A DNA stretch of 64,000 nucleotides from Candidatus Xenobia bacterium (GTDB taxonomy: Bacteria; Vulcanimicrobiota; Xenobia; Xenobiales; QWHO01). The position numbers and the translations under genes are program-made. Below, one piece after another: positions 1 through 8,591 of the stretch. How positions within the stretch are numbered: the first letter of the stretch is position 1; each line of letters opens with the position of its first letter. The notes beneath the pieces were generated by a model. It saw only the letters and a program-made list of their open reading frames with translations. It was not told the origin of the DNA and made no database searches. The DNA lies in NCBI GenBank assembly GCA_045863235.1, contig BTUM01000019.1:18691-82690 (forward strand), given 5' to 3'.

Positions 1-37
1 CCGCTGAGAAGAAAATTCTTCCTTCTCGTCAGCCCGA

Positions 38-2089
38 TTATTCGGCCGCCGCGGCAGCCGCCTTGGCCTGAGCGATGACGCCCTCGGCCACCGTGGGCGG
101 GGCCTCCTCGTAGTGGCTGAACTTCATGTTGAATTCGCCGCGACCCTGAGTCATGGAGCGCAGGTCGATCGAGTAGCGCAGCATCTCCGATGCCGGAACG
201 TTGGCCTTGACCATCTGCAACCCGCGACCGATGGGCTCCATGCCGAGAATACGCCCCCGCTTGGAGTTCAAATCGCCCATGATGTCGCCCATGAAGCTCT
301 CAGGAATGATGACCTCCACCTCCGTGATGGGCTCGAGCAACACGGGGTTCGCTTTGAGAGCCCCTTCCTTGAACGCCTTGGCGCCCGCGATCTGGAAGGC
401 CATGTCGGAGGAGTCGACGTCGTGGTAGCTCCCGTCATACAGGGTGACGCTCATATCCACCACCGGATAACCAGCCAGGAAGCCGTCCTTCATGGCATTC
501 TGGACGCCCTTGTCGACCGATGGGCGGAAGTTCCCCGGAATCACGCCGCCGACGATCTTGTCGATGAATTCGTAACCCTCGCCGCGAGCTTTGGGAGCGA
601 GCTCGAGCCAGACATCAGCGAACTGGCCACGTCCGCCGGTCTGCTTCTTGTGGCGGCCCTGAATCTTGACCGTGCCACGGATGGTCTCCTTGTAGGAGAC
701 CTTGGGATGCTCGAGCTCGACGTCTACGCCCGCCCGCTTGAGGCGGTTGACGCAGATGTCGATCTGCACATCACCCACGCCCTTGAGCAGCGTCTGACGA
801 ATCGAGTCGTCGCGCTCGACCTGCAGGGTGGGGTCCTCGGCCAGGATGTCGGCCAGCTTGCTGGAGAGCTTGTCCTCGTCTGCCTTGGACTTGGGATGGA
901 TGGCCTGCACGAAGTACGGCTTGGCGAACTTGATGGACGGAATGACAACCTTCTTGTCCTTGGTACAGAGAGTGTCGCCGGTCCGGGTTCCTTCCAACTT
1001 GGCTACCAGGCAGATGTCCCCGGCCGCAGCCTCTTCCAGGGGCTCCTGCTTCTTGCCGCGCAGAGTGAAGATGTTGGCCACCTTCTCGGAGCGCTCTTTG
1101 GTGGAGTTGTAGTATTCCCCGTTGGGCTTCAAGGTTCCCGAGAAAACTTTCATGTAGCTCAGCTTGCCCAGATACTGATCGGAGGTGGTCTTGAAGACCA
1201 GACCCGAGAAGGGCCCGGCGGGGTCGATCTTGGGGTCGGATTTACCTTCCAGCGGGTTGGGAACGTAGCGCAGGATGGCGTTCAGCAAAGGAGCCACGCC
1301 TCGAATATGGATAGCCGAGCCGCACAGCACGGGGACGATCTGGCCCGACTGGATGCGGCGCAACAGGCCGTCGCGCATCTCCTCGTCGCTCAGCTCCATG
1401 GTCTCGAGGTACTTTTCCATCAGCTCTTCCGTGGCCTCGGCCGCTTCCTCGGCCAGCTTTTCACGGTAGGTCTGGATGCGCTCATTCATATCGCCCGGGA
1501 TGGGAATCTCCTGAGGCTTGCCCTTGTCGTCGAACTTGTAGGCCTTCTGAGTGACCAGGTTGACCACCCCGGAGAAAGTGTCGGCGGTACCGATGGGCAG
1601 CTCGATGGGGACCAGACGGCTGCCCGAAAGTTTCTCGCTGCAGTCATCCAGGCAGCGGTAGAAGTCGGCGTTCTCCTTGTCCATCTTGTTGAAGAACATG
1701 ATGCGCGGCATTCCAAGCAGCTCGGCCTGGCCCCACACTTTCTCCAGGCCAACCTCGACCCCGGCCACGGCAGAGGCCAGCAGCACCAGGCCTTCGACCA
1801 CTCGCAGCGAGGCGGTGATCTCATACTGGAAGTCAAAAAAGCCCGGCAGGTCGAGCACGTTGATCTTATGGCCCTCCCACTCGACCGGCGCCAGGGCGGC
1901 GTAGATGGTCATCCGCCGGCTGACTTCCTCGGGATCGAAGTCGAGCAGGCTGTTGCCATCATCCACTTTGTGAAAGCGATCAGCCCCACCCGTGAGGTAA
2001 AGGATGGAGTCGGCCAGCGTGGTCTTTCCCGAGGCCTGGTGACCATAGAGTCCTACGTTGCGAATCTGTTCTGTGGAATACTTCTTCAC
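38..2089 (-). CDS. Elongation factor G family GTPase paralog (divergent, likely non-canonical)
   Basis: 683 aa. G1 motif is GHQASGKTT and switch I is RRMTIY. The G3 motif reads VLDLPGFFDF where canonical EF-G has IDTPGHVDF. Domains II-V follow. GTG start at 2087-2089 preceded by GAGGGAGGG. Confidence 0.8.
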   Translation of the reverse strand: MKKYSTEQIRNVGLYGHQASGKTTLADSILYLTGGADRFHKVDDGNSLLDFDPEEVSRRMTIYAALAPVEWEGHKINVLDLPGFFDFQYEITASLRVVEGLVLLASAVAGVEVGLEKVWGQAELLGMPRIMFFNKMDKENADFYRCLDDCSEKLSGSRLVPIELPIGTADTFSGVVNLVTQKAYKFDDKGKPQEIPIPGDMNERIQTYREKLAEEAAEATEELMEKYLETMELSDEEMRDGLLRRIQSGQIVPVLCGSAIHIRGVAPLLNAILRYVPNPLEGKSDPKIDPAGPFSGLVFKTTSDQYLGKLSYMKVFSGTLKPNGEYYNSTKERSEKVANIFTLRGKKQEPLEEAAAGDICLVAKLEGTRTGDTLCTKDKKVVIPSIKFAKPYFVQAIHPKSKADEDKLSSKLADILAEDPTLQVERDDSIRQTLLKGVGDVQIDICVNRLKRAGVDVELEHPKVSYKETIRGTVKIQGRHKKQTGGRGQFADVWLELAPKARGEGYEFIDKIVGGVIPGNFRPSVDKGVQNAMKDGFLAGYPVVDMSVTLYDGSYHDVDSSDMAFQIAGAKAFKEGALKANPVLLEPITEVEVIIPESFMGDIMGDLNSKRGRILGMEPIGRGLQMVKANVPASEMLRYSIDLRSMTQGRGEFNMKFSHYEEAPPTVAEGVIAQAKAAAAAAE

Positions 2090-2259
2090 TCTGAGTCCCT
2101 CCCTCAGCTAGGCAAGTGCGTGTGAGAACGTTGGAGCGCGAAAAATCCGCGTCACCTGGCCCGCAAGCCAGTTCTGGCGCCGCTGAGCCACCGACAATTC
2201 CAGCGCACGGCGAAGAATTCCTTCACATCAGCCGTGCGGGGAGAAACTTTGTGCGACCT

Positions 2260-2643
2260 TCAATCGAGCAGGGCCACGACCTCGATCTCGAGGCGAGCTC
2301 CCCGCGGCAGGCCGGCCACAGCCACCGTGGAGCGAGCCGGGGGCGGAACCGGCAGGTACTCTCCGTAGACCCGGTTGACCTCCGCGAAATCGTCCATCGT
2401 GACAAGGAAGATCACGGTCTTGACCACGCCCTCCAGAGAGCTTCCAGCCGCACCCAACACGGCCTTCAGATTCTCCATCACACGACGGGTCTGAGCCTCG
2501 AGGTCGCCCTCCACGAGCTGGCCGGTGGCCGGGTCGAGGGGGATCTGACCCGAACAGAACAGCAGGTTGCCGGCTCGCACGGCCTGCGAGTAAGGGCCAA
2601 TGGCGGCCGGAGCGTGGGGGGTGGAAACGGCGCTGCGGTTCAT
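2260..2643 (-). CDS. RidA/YjgF/TdcF family reactive-intermediate deaminase
   Basis: 127 aa. Carries the ...GPYSQAV..G.LLFCSGQIP... motifs and a C-terminal ...ARSTVAVAGLPRGARLEIE... segment typical of RidA. Confidence 0.85.
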   Translation of the reverse strand: MNRSAVSTPHAPAAIGPYSQAVRAGNLLFCSGQIPLDPATGQLVEGDLEAQTRRVMENLKAVLGAAGSSLEGVVKTVIFLVTMDDFAEVNRVYGEYLPVPPPARSTVAVAGLPRGARLEIEVVALLD

Positions 2644-3455
2644 GATGAGATCATTCCTCCGATCGGTTTTCGTTGGAGGCTCGCCAGGCGGCGGGCCTCC
2701 AACAGGGTGGGCAGGTCATCCACATTGAACGCGCTTTCGGCAAAGGGGGTCTCGATGCCGGCGCAGGCCACTCCACCCAGCACTCGTTTGCCCGCTTGCT
2801 CGGCCCGCCGAATGGTCAACCGGCCGAACAAAAACGCGAGCACCGGGCCCAGGCCCAGGATACGGGCCAGAGCCAGGGGATTCTTGCGCTGGCGCGTCAC
2901 GGCCACCAGGGCCGTTTGGACACGCTCGAGCACGCAAGGGCGGATCAGAAAGAGCCCCGTGCCGCAGAAGGTTCCCTCGGCCAGTCGGGCCCAGGTGTGG
3001 TGGAGCCCCGGATAGGCGCGCTCGGAATGCTCACGGCGCAAGAAACCATACCAAACGTCCACCTCGGGGCGACGGCGACAGCGATCCACAAAATCCGTCA
3101 CCGCTTCCGGCGTGAGAAAGGCCAGGTCGCCAGTCACCGAAAGCACGGGCTGCTCGGGATCGCGGGCCTGGCGCAAGCCGTTGGCGAAGGATTCGAGGAT
3201 GCTGGCCCCGGCCTGCACCACCGCGTCGGCCGCCCCGAACCAGGCCGGGTCAAGCTCCCCGGCCGGGACGGGACTGACCAGCACCACCCGGTCGACCCGC
3301 ACCGAGGCCTTGAGCGCCTGCAGGGGGCGCGCGGCCATGGGAGCCTCGCCGATTCTCACCAGGCCCTTGCCCGCCGGTTCGACCTCGCCCGGGGGCAGGT
3401 GGCCGAATCGACCGCCTGCCAACACCTGAGCGTCCACTCGAGCAGGAAAGCTCAT
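2640..3455 (-). CDS. MobA-like nucleotidyltransferase (NTP_transf_3 family)
   Basis: 271 aa. N-terminal VLAGGRFGHL...GKGLV glycine-rich NTP-binding loop and an internal TGDLAFLTPEAV motif. Overlaps ispE and ridA by 4 nt each. Confidence 0.55.
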   Translation of the reverse strand: MSFPARVDAQVLAGGRFGHLPPGEVEPAGKGLVRIGEAPMAARPLQALKASVRVDRVVLVSPVPAGELDPAWFGAADAVVQAGASILESFANGLRQARDPEQPVLSVTGDLAFLTPEAVTDFVDRCRRRPEVDVWYGFLRREHSERAYPGLHHTWARLAEGTFCGTGLFLIRPCVLERVQTALVAVTRQRKNPLALARILGLGPVLAFLFGRLTIRRAEQAGKRVLGGVACAGIETPFAESAFNVDDLPTLLEARRLASLQRKPIGGMISS

Positions 3456-4312
3456 CGCGGGCCCCGGAATCGAGTGCAGGTCACGCGCCCCAGACCGGCC
3501 AGTCGGGCGGCCACGGCCGCTCCCCCGGAGGTGAGCAGGCCAAAGAGGCAGGAACCGCTGCCCGAGAGCAGCACTCCCTGGCAGCCGGCTTCAAGCATCG
3601 ACTGGCGCAGCTCGGCCAGCCGAGGTTCGAGACGGGTTGCTGGAGGCTCGAGATCGTTGGCCAGGCCGGCCACCAGAGCGGCCAGGTCTCGCTGCTCCAA
3701 CGCCCTGACCACCCGCTCGGCGGCTCCCGGGGCGACCCGGACGGGCTGCTCGTCCCAGGCGCGATAAACTGGTCCGGTGGCCAGAGCGAAGGGCGGCTGC
3801 AGGACCACCACTTCGCAGGCAGGAGGAGCGGGCACCGCCTGCAGCAGGTCCCCCCGGCCCTGACCGCGGGCAGCTCCGCCCCGAATGCCAAAGGCCACGT
3901 CCGCCCCCAGCTCGGCCCCGATGCGCTCGAGCTCAGCGGGGGAATGGCCCAGGGAGAGCAGTTCGTTGGCTCCCACCAGGACGGCAGCAGCATCGGCGCT
4001 TCCACCTCCCAGGCCGGCGCCTGCCGGGATGCGCTTGATCAGGCGCACACTCAGCTCGACCCCCAGTCGATTCAGGGCTCGAACGGCCAGATTCTCCTCG
4101 GGGGGGCCCAGCGAGAGGCCGCCCTCCACCTCGTTGACAACCTCGAGACCCGAGCCAGAGGACAGTTCAACCTCGTCGTACCAATCCAGCCAGGCGAACA
4201 CGGTATCCAACCTGTGATAGCCACCCGGTAACAAACCGAGCACCTCCAGGGCCAGGTTCACCTTGGCCGGCGCCTCGACGGTCAACACGGCCAGGCTACT
4301 CGCCCTCTTCAT
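3452..4312 (-). CDS. ispE: 4-diphosphocytidyl-2-C-methyl-D-erythritol kinase
   Basis: APAKVNLALEVLG N-terminal motif and the GHMP kinase loop PAGAGLGGGSADAAAVL. Start taken at the internal Met (MKRASSL), not the ORF's first M at 4342. Confidence 0.85.
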   Translation of the reverse strand: MKRASSLAVLTVEAPAKVNLALEVLGLLPGGYHRLDTVFAWLDWYDEVELSSGSGLEVVNEVEGGLSLGPPEENLAVRALNRLGVELSVRLIKRIPAGAGLGGGSADAAAVLVGANELLSLGHSPAELERIGAELGADVAFGIRGGAARGQGRGDLLQAVPAPPACEVVVLQPPFALATGPVYRAWDEQPVRVAPGAAERVVRALEQRDLAALVAGLANDLEPPATRLEPRLAELRQSMLEAGCQGVLLSGSGSCLFGLLTSGGAAVAARLAGLGRVTCTRFRGPR

Positions 4313-6275
4313 CCTCGGACTTCGGAGAGGGGGTGATCTCATAGACCAGCGGTGTGTTGGCGACCTGAGAGACTTCGCGGGCCACCGCCAGCACCTGGGC
4401 GTAGTCTTGCACGGGGATCCATGGCTTTTTCACCACCAGCCGACTGTAAAACCAGGCTTCCCGACCCTCCTGGCGCGAGGTGAGCAGGAACGAGACATAG
4501 TCATTGTCCACCTGCACCGAGCCCGGCATGGACAGGATCTTGCTTCCCTCGGGCAACATCAGGTGCACCTGGCTGTCATCGCGGAAGGGATGGTCGAACT
4601 GCAGCGGATGCTCGCGGTCAGCCGGACTGTTCGCCAGAGAGGCGATGCGCTGATCGAGTTGGATGGGGATGCTCACCTGGCGTTTGTTGCCCTCGACCGC
4701 TACGTAATCCGGCACGATCAGCGTCATTCCCAGCGGAAAGCCCGGCCCGGCCGGCTCCTTGTCCGGGAAGTAACGCTCGTGAACCTGGGCCAGAGGGGAA
4801 TAGCTCTGGGCGATGGCTGCGAAGAGCGAGCGCAGAATGGTATCCCGCCGACCCCGGTCGGAGCTCGCCAGGGCGCGCACGGCTTCCCGCAGGAAGGTGG
4901 CCGACTCCCCATACTGCTGCTTGGAGATGGCCAGCTCGGCGCTGCCCTGCTCGTCCACTCTGGCCTCGATCTTCGTCTCGTCGCGATTCACGTCGAAGGC
5001 ATCAACGCTGGCATCGGCCAGACGAGGGCCCTCGGGACCCAGAAAGAGGGCCGCCCGCCCCTGGAAGCCGCCCGGAGGCCCCGAAATCAGCTGACCCGGG
5101 TGGGCCGGGTCGAACCAGAAGGGCTTGCCGCCAACATCGGGCAGATAGAGCAGCACGCGACCCACAGAAGTCGGCTGAGGGAGCAATCGGGCCACCTCTT
5201 CGGTTGGCTCGGTAAAGGCCAGCACAGGCTGGGTTCGGAACCCGGCGAACTCGAGCATGGCCGAGACCAGGATCGAGGTGTCCATGTAAGACAGGACCGG
5301 CTCGTCGATCAAATCACTGACCTTGTTGGGCAGGAACTGCTCGTAAGACAGGTCGACCTGCTTCTTGGAGGCCACGACCCAGTCGAGAATGGCCTGAACC
5401 CGAGCCGTGGGCGTGGCGGCAGTGGGGAGCAAACCCGAGGTGATCATCCCCAGTCGGGGTCCACCCGCCGAGTTCTCCCGCCAACTGGAATAAAACCAAT
5501 CGCCCAGCTCGTTCCAGGATTTGAAGCTGGACAAGTCCACCCGCCTGAGCAAGGATTCCGCCTCGGGCATGGCCGGCTCGGTGCGCAGAGCGGCCTGATC
5601 GCTCACCTGCCAGCGCAACACCTGGCTTTGATCGGCCACGGAGCGGGCCGGCCGCGAGGGCACCAGGCCCGGGGCGGCCCAGTGCACGTCGGTCCCCAGC
5701 GGGCTCTTCACGGTGAAAATCGAGACCAGCAGCGGCTCGGGGTTCTGAACATAGGAGGTGGCCCACCAGGCGTTGCGATAGTGGGGCTTGCGGGTTGTCG
5801 TCAGCTTGTATTCCAACACCGACCCGGGCGCCAGCTTGGGGAACTCGAACTCGAAACGGCGATAATCGCCGTAAACTTTGGATTTAGGCAGCAGAGGTGC
5901 GTCCACCACCGAATCGGGCTCGAGATCGTGCACCACCTGGTCGGGCCCGATGACCCGGGCCTCGTGCAAGGTGACCTCGCCATATCCCTGGCGGTAGACT
6001 CGGACCAGCGTCTGATGCGGCTCAATCCCCTCGCTGGTAAGAATCTTCACGATGTCATATTCGCTGTAGGCCGTGGAAGCGTCGCTCTTGAGCTCGAATC
6101 CGATATCATCGTAGAGAATGATGGCCGCCGCGTCGGGGAACTGCTGAGGGCCCGGAGAATTGACGAAGCGGCTGTCCTTGCGAAGCAGCGTACGCCCGGG
6201 CTGGCCCTGAACCGAGCCGCAAAGACCAACCGAAAAGAGCAGTGCCCCCACTAACCAGACTCGTCCTCTAAGCAT
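4296..6275 (-). CDS. Secreted DUF3857 + transglutaminase-like domain protein
   Basis: 659 aa. Signal peptide MLRGRVWLVGALLFSVGLCGSVQG. N-terminal DUF3857-like region, a transglutaminase-like core and a C-terminal acidic tail. Confidence 0.6.
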   Translation of the reverse strand: MLRGRVWLVGALLFSVGLCGSVQGQPGRTLLRKDSRFVNSPGPQQFPDAAAIILYDDIGFELKSDASTAYSEYDIVKILTSEGIEPHQTLVRVYRQGYGEVTLHEARVIGPDQVVHDLEPDSVVDAPLLPKSKVYGDYRRFEFEFPKLAPGSVLEYKLTTTRKPHYRNAWWATSYVQNPEPLLVSIFTVKSPLGTDVHWAAPGLVPSRPARSVADQSQVLRWQVSDQAALRTEPAMPEAESLLRRVDLSSFKSWNELGDWFYSSWRENSAGGPRLGMITSGLLPTAATPTARVQAILDWVVASKKQVDLSYEQFLPNKVSDLIDEPVLSYMDTSILVSAMLEFAGFRTQPVLAFTEPTEEVARLLPQPTSVGRVLLYLPDVGGKPFWFDPAHPGQLISGPPGGFQGRAALFLGPEGPRLADASVDAFDVNRDETKIEARVDEQGSAELAISKQQYGESATFLREAVRALASSDRGRRDTILRSLFAAIAQSYSPLAQVHERYFPDKEPAGPGFPLGMTLIVPDYVAVEGNKRQVSIPIQLDQRIASLANSPADREHPLQFDHPFRDDSQVHLMLPEGSKILSMPGSVQVDNDYVSFLLTSRQEGREAWFYSRLVVKKPWIPVQDYAQVLAVAREVSQVANTPLVYEITPSPKSEDEEGE

Positions 6276-6319
6276 TCTTGAAAACCGTTCCTCTGCGCCG
6301 GTCGGCGGCCCTGTGTTGC

Positions 6320-7279
6320 TCAGCCGGGGCCCGCGTAATGACAGGCGACCTGATGTCCGCTGGCCTTCTCCACCAGGGCCGGAATCTCTTCTTTACAGAC
6401 CGCGCTGGCCAGCGGGCACCGCCCGACGTAGGGGCACCCGCGACCGGAGCTGCTCCCGGTCAGCAGTTGCATCGGCTCCCCCGAACGCCGGCCGGGGTCG
6501 GGGAGCGGCGCAGCCGCCATCAAGGCCCGGGTGTAGGGATGGAGAGGGGCCGTGCAGACCGCCTCGGCAGGGCCCTGCTCGACCAGCCGCCCGCGATAGA
6601 GGACGGCTACGCGCTGGCTCACCATGCGCACGACGGCCAGATCGTGGGCGATGAACAGCATGGAGAGACGACGCTCCTCCTTGAGGTCAAGCAGCAGGTT
6701 GAGCACCTGGGCCTGCACCGAAACGTCCAGGGCCGAGACTGGCTCGTCGGCCACGATCAACTCGGGCTCCACGGCCAGGGCCCGGGCGATCCCGATGCGC
6801 TGGCGCTGTCCTCCCGAGAACTGATGGGGGTAGCGCTGAGCGTGCTCAGGCCGCAGGCCGACTCGCTCGAGCAGCGCCCGAACCCGGTCGGGAATCTCGG
6901 CCCGCGGAGCCAGTCCGTGCAGCAAGAAGGGCTCGGCCAGAATGGTCTGAATCGAATGGCGGGGATTCAAGCTGCTGAAGGGGTCCTGGAAGATGAACTG
7001 GGCCTTGCGACGGAAGGAGAGCAGGTCGCGCCGGGCCAACAGGTCTTCGCCCTGAAAGTAGAGCTCGCCCGAGGTCGGCTCCAACAGTCGCAGAGCCATC
7101 CGGGCCGTGGTGCTCTTGCCCGATCCCGACTCGCCCACCAGGGCCAGCGTCTCGCCCGGCTCGACCACGAAGCTCACTTGATCGACAGCCCGAACCGGTG
7201 AGCCCCCCCCTCCGAACATCCCGCCCCCGGAGGCAAATGTTCGGGTAAGCCCACGTGCTTCCATCAAGGGACCGCTCAT
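6320..7279 (-). CDS. Oligopeptide/dipeptide-type ABC transporter ATP-binding protein (OppF/DppF-like)
   Basis: Walker [10 protein letters not shown], signature LSGGQRQR, Walker B LIVADEP, and a C-terminal oligopeptide/Cys-containing tail GCPYVGRCP. ATGA start/stop overlap with the upstream ATPase gene. Confidence 0.85.
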   Translation of the reverse strand: MSGPLMEARGLTRTFASGGGMFGGGGSPVRAVDQVSFVVEPGETLALVGESGSGKSTTARMALRLLEPTSGELYFQGEDLLARRDLLSFRRKAQFIFQDPFSSLNPRHSIQTILAEPFLLHGLAPRAEIPDRVRALLERVGLRPEHAQRYPHQFSGGQRQRIGIARALAVEPELIVADEPVSALDVSVQAQVLNLLLDLKEERRLSMLFIAHDLAVVRMVSQRVAVLYRGRLVEQGPAEAVCTAPLHPYTRALMAAAPLPDPGRRSGEPMQLLTGSSSGRGCPYVGRCPLASAVCKEEIPALVEKASGHQVACHYAGPG

Positions 7280-8253
7280 GCCACCTGGTCCGCGAAGAAG
7301 CAAGCGCTGAAATGGCCTGCCTCCAACTCGGCCAGGGCCGGCCGTTGGCTATGGCAGCGGTCTTGAGCCATGGAACAGCGGGGAGCGAAGGGACAGCCGG
7401 CGGGCAGAGCGCGCAGGTCGGGAGGCTGGCCCGGAATGGTTGGCAGACGGCCGGGAGCGCGGTCGAGACGAGGGACAGACGCGATCAGGCCAGCCGTGTA
7501 GGGGTGCCGGGGCTGGCTGAAGAGACGGCCCGTGGCAGCACGCTCGACAACCTGGCCGGCATACATGACGGCCGTCTCGTCCGACTCCTGGGCCACCACT
7601 CCCATGTCGTGAGTGATCAGCAGCACGGCCGAGTCCGACTGACGTCGGATTTCGCGCAACAGGGCCAGAATCTGAGCCTGAATGGTGACGTCCAGGGCCG
7701 TCGTCGGCTCGTCCGCGATCAACACCGCCGGGTCGCAGGCCAGCGCCATGGCGATCACGACCCGTTGCCGCATTCCACCCGAGAACTGGTGAGGATAGTC
7801 GTCCACCCGGAGGGCCGGCTCGGGAATCTGGACCCTGGCCAGCAGCTCGATGGCAGCCTGGCGCAGAGCGGTGCCGCGCAGACCCCGATGCACCGCGAGT
7901 GGCTCGGCCACCTGACGCCCCACCGTCAGCACCGGGTTGAGGGCCGTCAGGGGGTCCTGGAAGATCATCCCCAACCGGTTGCCACGCAGCCGGCGCAACT
8001 CCGACGGGGGGAGCTCGCGAAGATTGCGGCCCTCGAACTCGATGACGCCATCCTCCACCTTCCCGGGGGGAGCGATCAGCCCGAGGATAGACATCGCGCA
8101 AACACTCTTGCCCGATCCCGACTCGCCCACCACCGCTAGCGTTCGACCGGGATAGAGCTCAAAACTGACTCCGTCGACCGCGGTCAGCATCCCCTGCTCG
8201 GTAGCAAACCGCGTGGTCAGGCCCCGCAGGGCCAGCACTGGAGTCTGGCTCAC
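7276..8253 (-). CDS. Oligopeptide/dipeptide-type ABC transporter ATP-binding protein (OppD/DppD-like)
   Basis: Walker A GESGSGKS, signature FSGGMRQR, Walker [13 protein letters not shown]-terminal CPFAPRC. Start set at GTG 8251-8253 ([12 protein letters not shown]), preceded by AGGAGGG. The longer 432-aa ORF N-terminus overlaps the Zn-ribbon gene and is rejected. Confidence 0.8.
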   Translation of the reverse strand: MSQTPVLALRGLTTRFATEQGMLTAVDGVSFELYPGRTLAVVGESGSGKSVCAMSILGLIAPPGKVEDGVIEFEGRNLRELPPSELRRLRGNRLGMIFQDPLTALNPVLTVGRQVAEPLAVHRGLRGTALRQAAIELLARVQIPEPALRVDDYPHQFSGGMRQRVVIAMALACDPAVLIADEPTTALDVTIQAQILALLREIRRQSDSAVLLITHDMGVVAQESDETAVMYAGQVVERAATGRLFSQPRHPYTAGLIASVPRLDRAPGRLPTIPGQPPDLRALPAGCPFAPRCSMAQDRCHSQRPALAELEAGHFSACFFADQVA

Positions 8254-8588
8254 TTCCCTCCTGTGACGCTCTTGATGATCTTGTTGACCGGCTTCTTGAC
8301 CGAGTCGGGCACGTGGGGCCAGGCGAAGTAGCCGCCCACCAGCAAGAGGATCAAGATCACCGTCTTGATCAGGGCCGCTCGCTGGCGCTCGGCTGCCAGG
8401 GCCGCCTCGTCGGCCCGCAGCTTGGCCATCTTCTCGGCCGAGGTAATGCTGTTCTGATGGCACTGATCGCTGCAGAACTTCCCCTCGGGCGTGGTGTAGG
8501 TGCACTCCTCGCAGATCGGCTTGAGGCACGATTTGCACTTGGTATCGGTCGGCCGCTCCTGGTGCTTGAGACAATGTGATTGTGCCAT
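8250..8588 (-). CDS. Zinc-ribbon (B-box / zf-HC2-like) single-pass membrane protein
   Basis: 112 aa. Cys/His cluster HCLKH..CKSCLKPICEEC...CSDQCH, then a coiled-coil stretch, then a TM helix ILILLLVGGYFAW and a short tail. TGA stop overlaps the GTG start of the downstream ATPase. Confidence 0.6.
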   Translation of the reverse strand: MAQSHCLKHQERPTDTKCKSCLKPICEECTYTTPEGKFCSDQCHQNSITSAEKMAKLRADEAALAAERQRAALIKTVILILLLVGGYFAWPHVPDSVKKPVNKIIKSVTGGK

Positions 8589-8591
8589 GCT

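Noticed and set aside
113-2125. 670-aa plus-strand ORF mirroring the EF-G gene. Similar full-length antisense ORFs occur at 4263-6254, 21173-23053, 24775-26406, 28539-30104, 31439-32965 and 54815-56479.
   Set aside because: High-GC genomes lack stop codons on the antisense strand. The translations are Arg/Gly/Pro/His-rich with no recognisable domains. Each sense-strand partner has clear family motifs.
7276-8574. 432-aa version of the OppD-like ATPase with a 108-aa N-terminal extension
   Set aside because: The extension overlaps the Zn-ribbon gene out of frame and is low-complexity. A GTG with a strong AGGAGGG RBS at 8251-8253 gives a standard-length ATPase.
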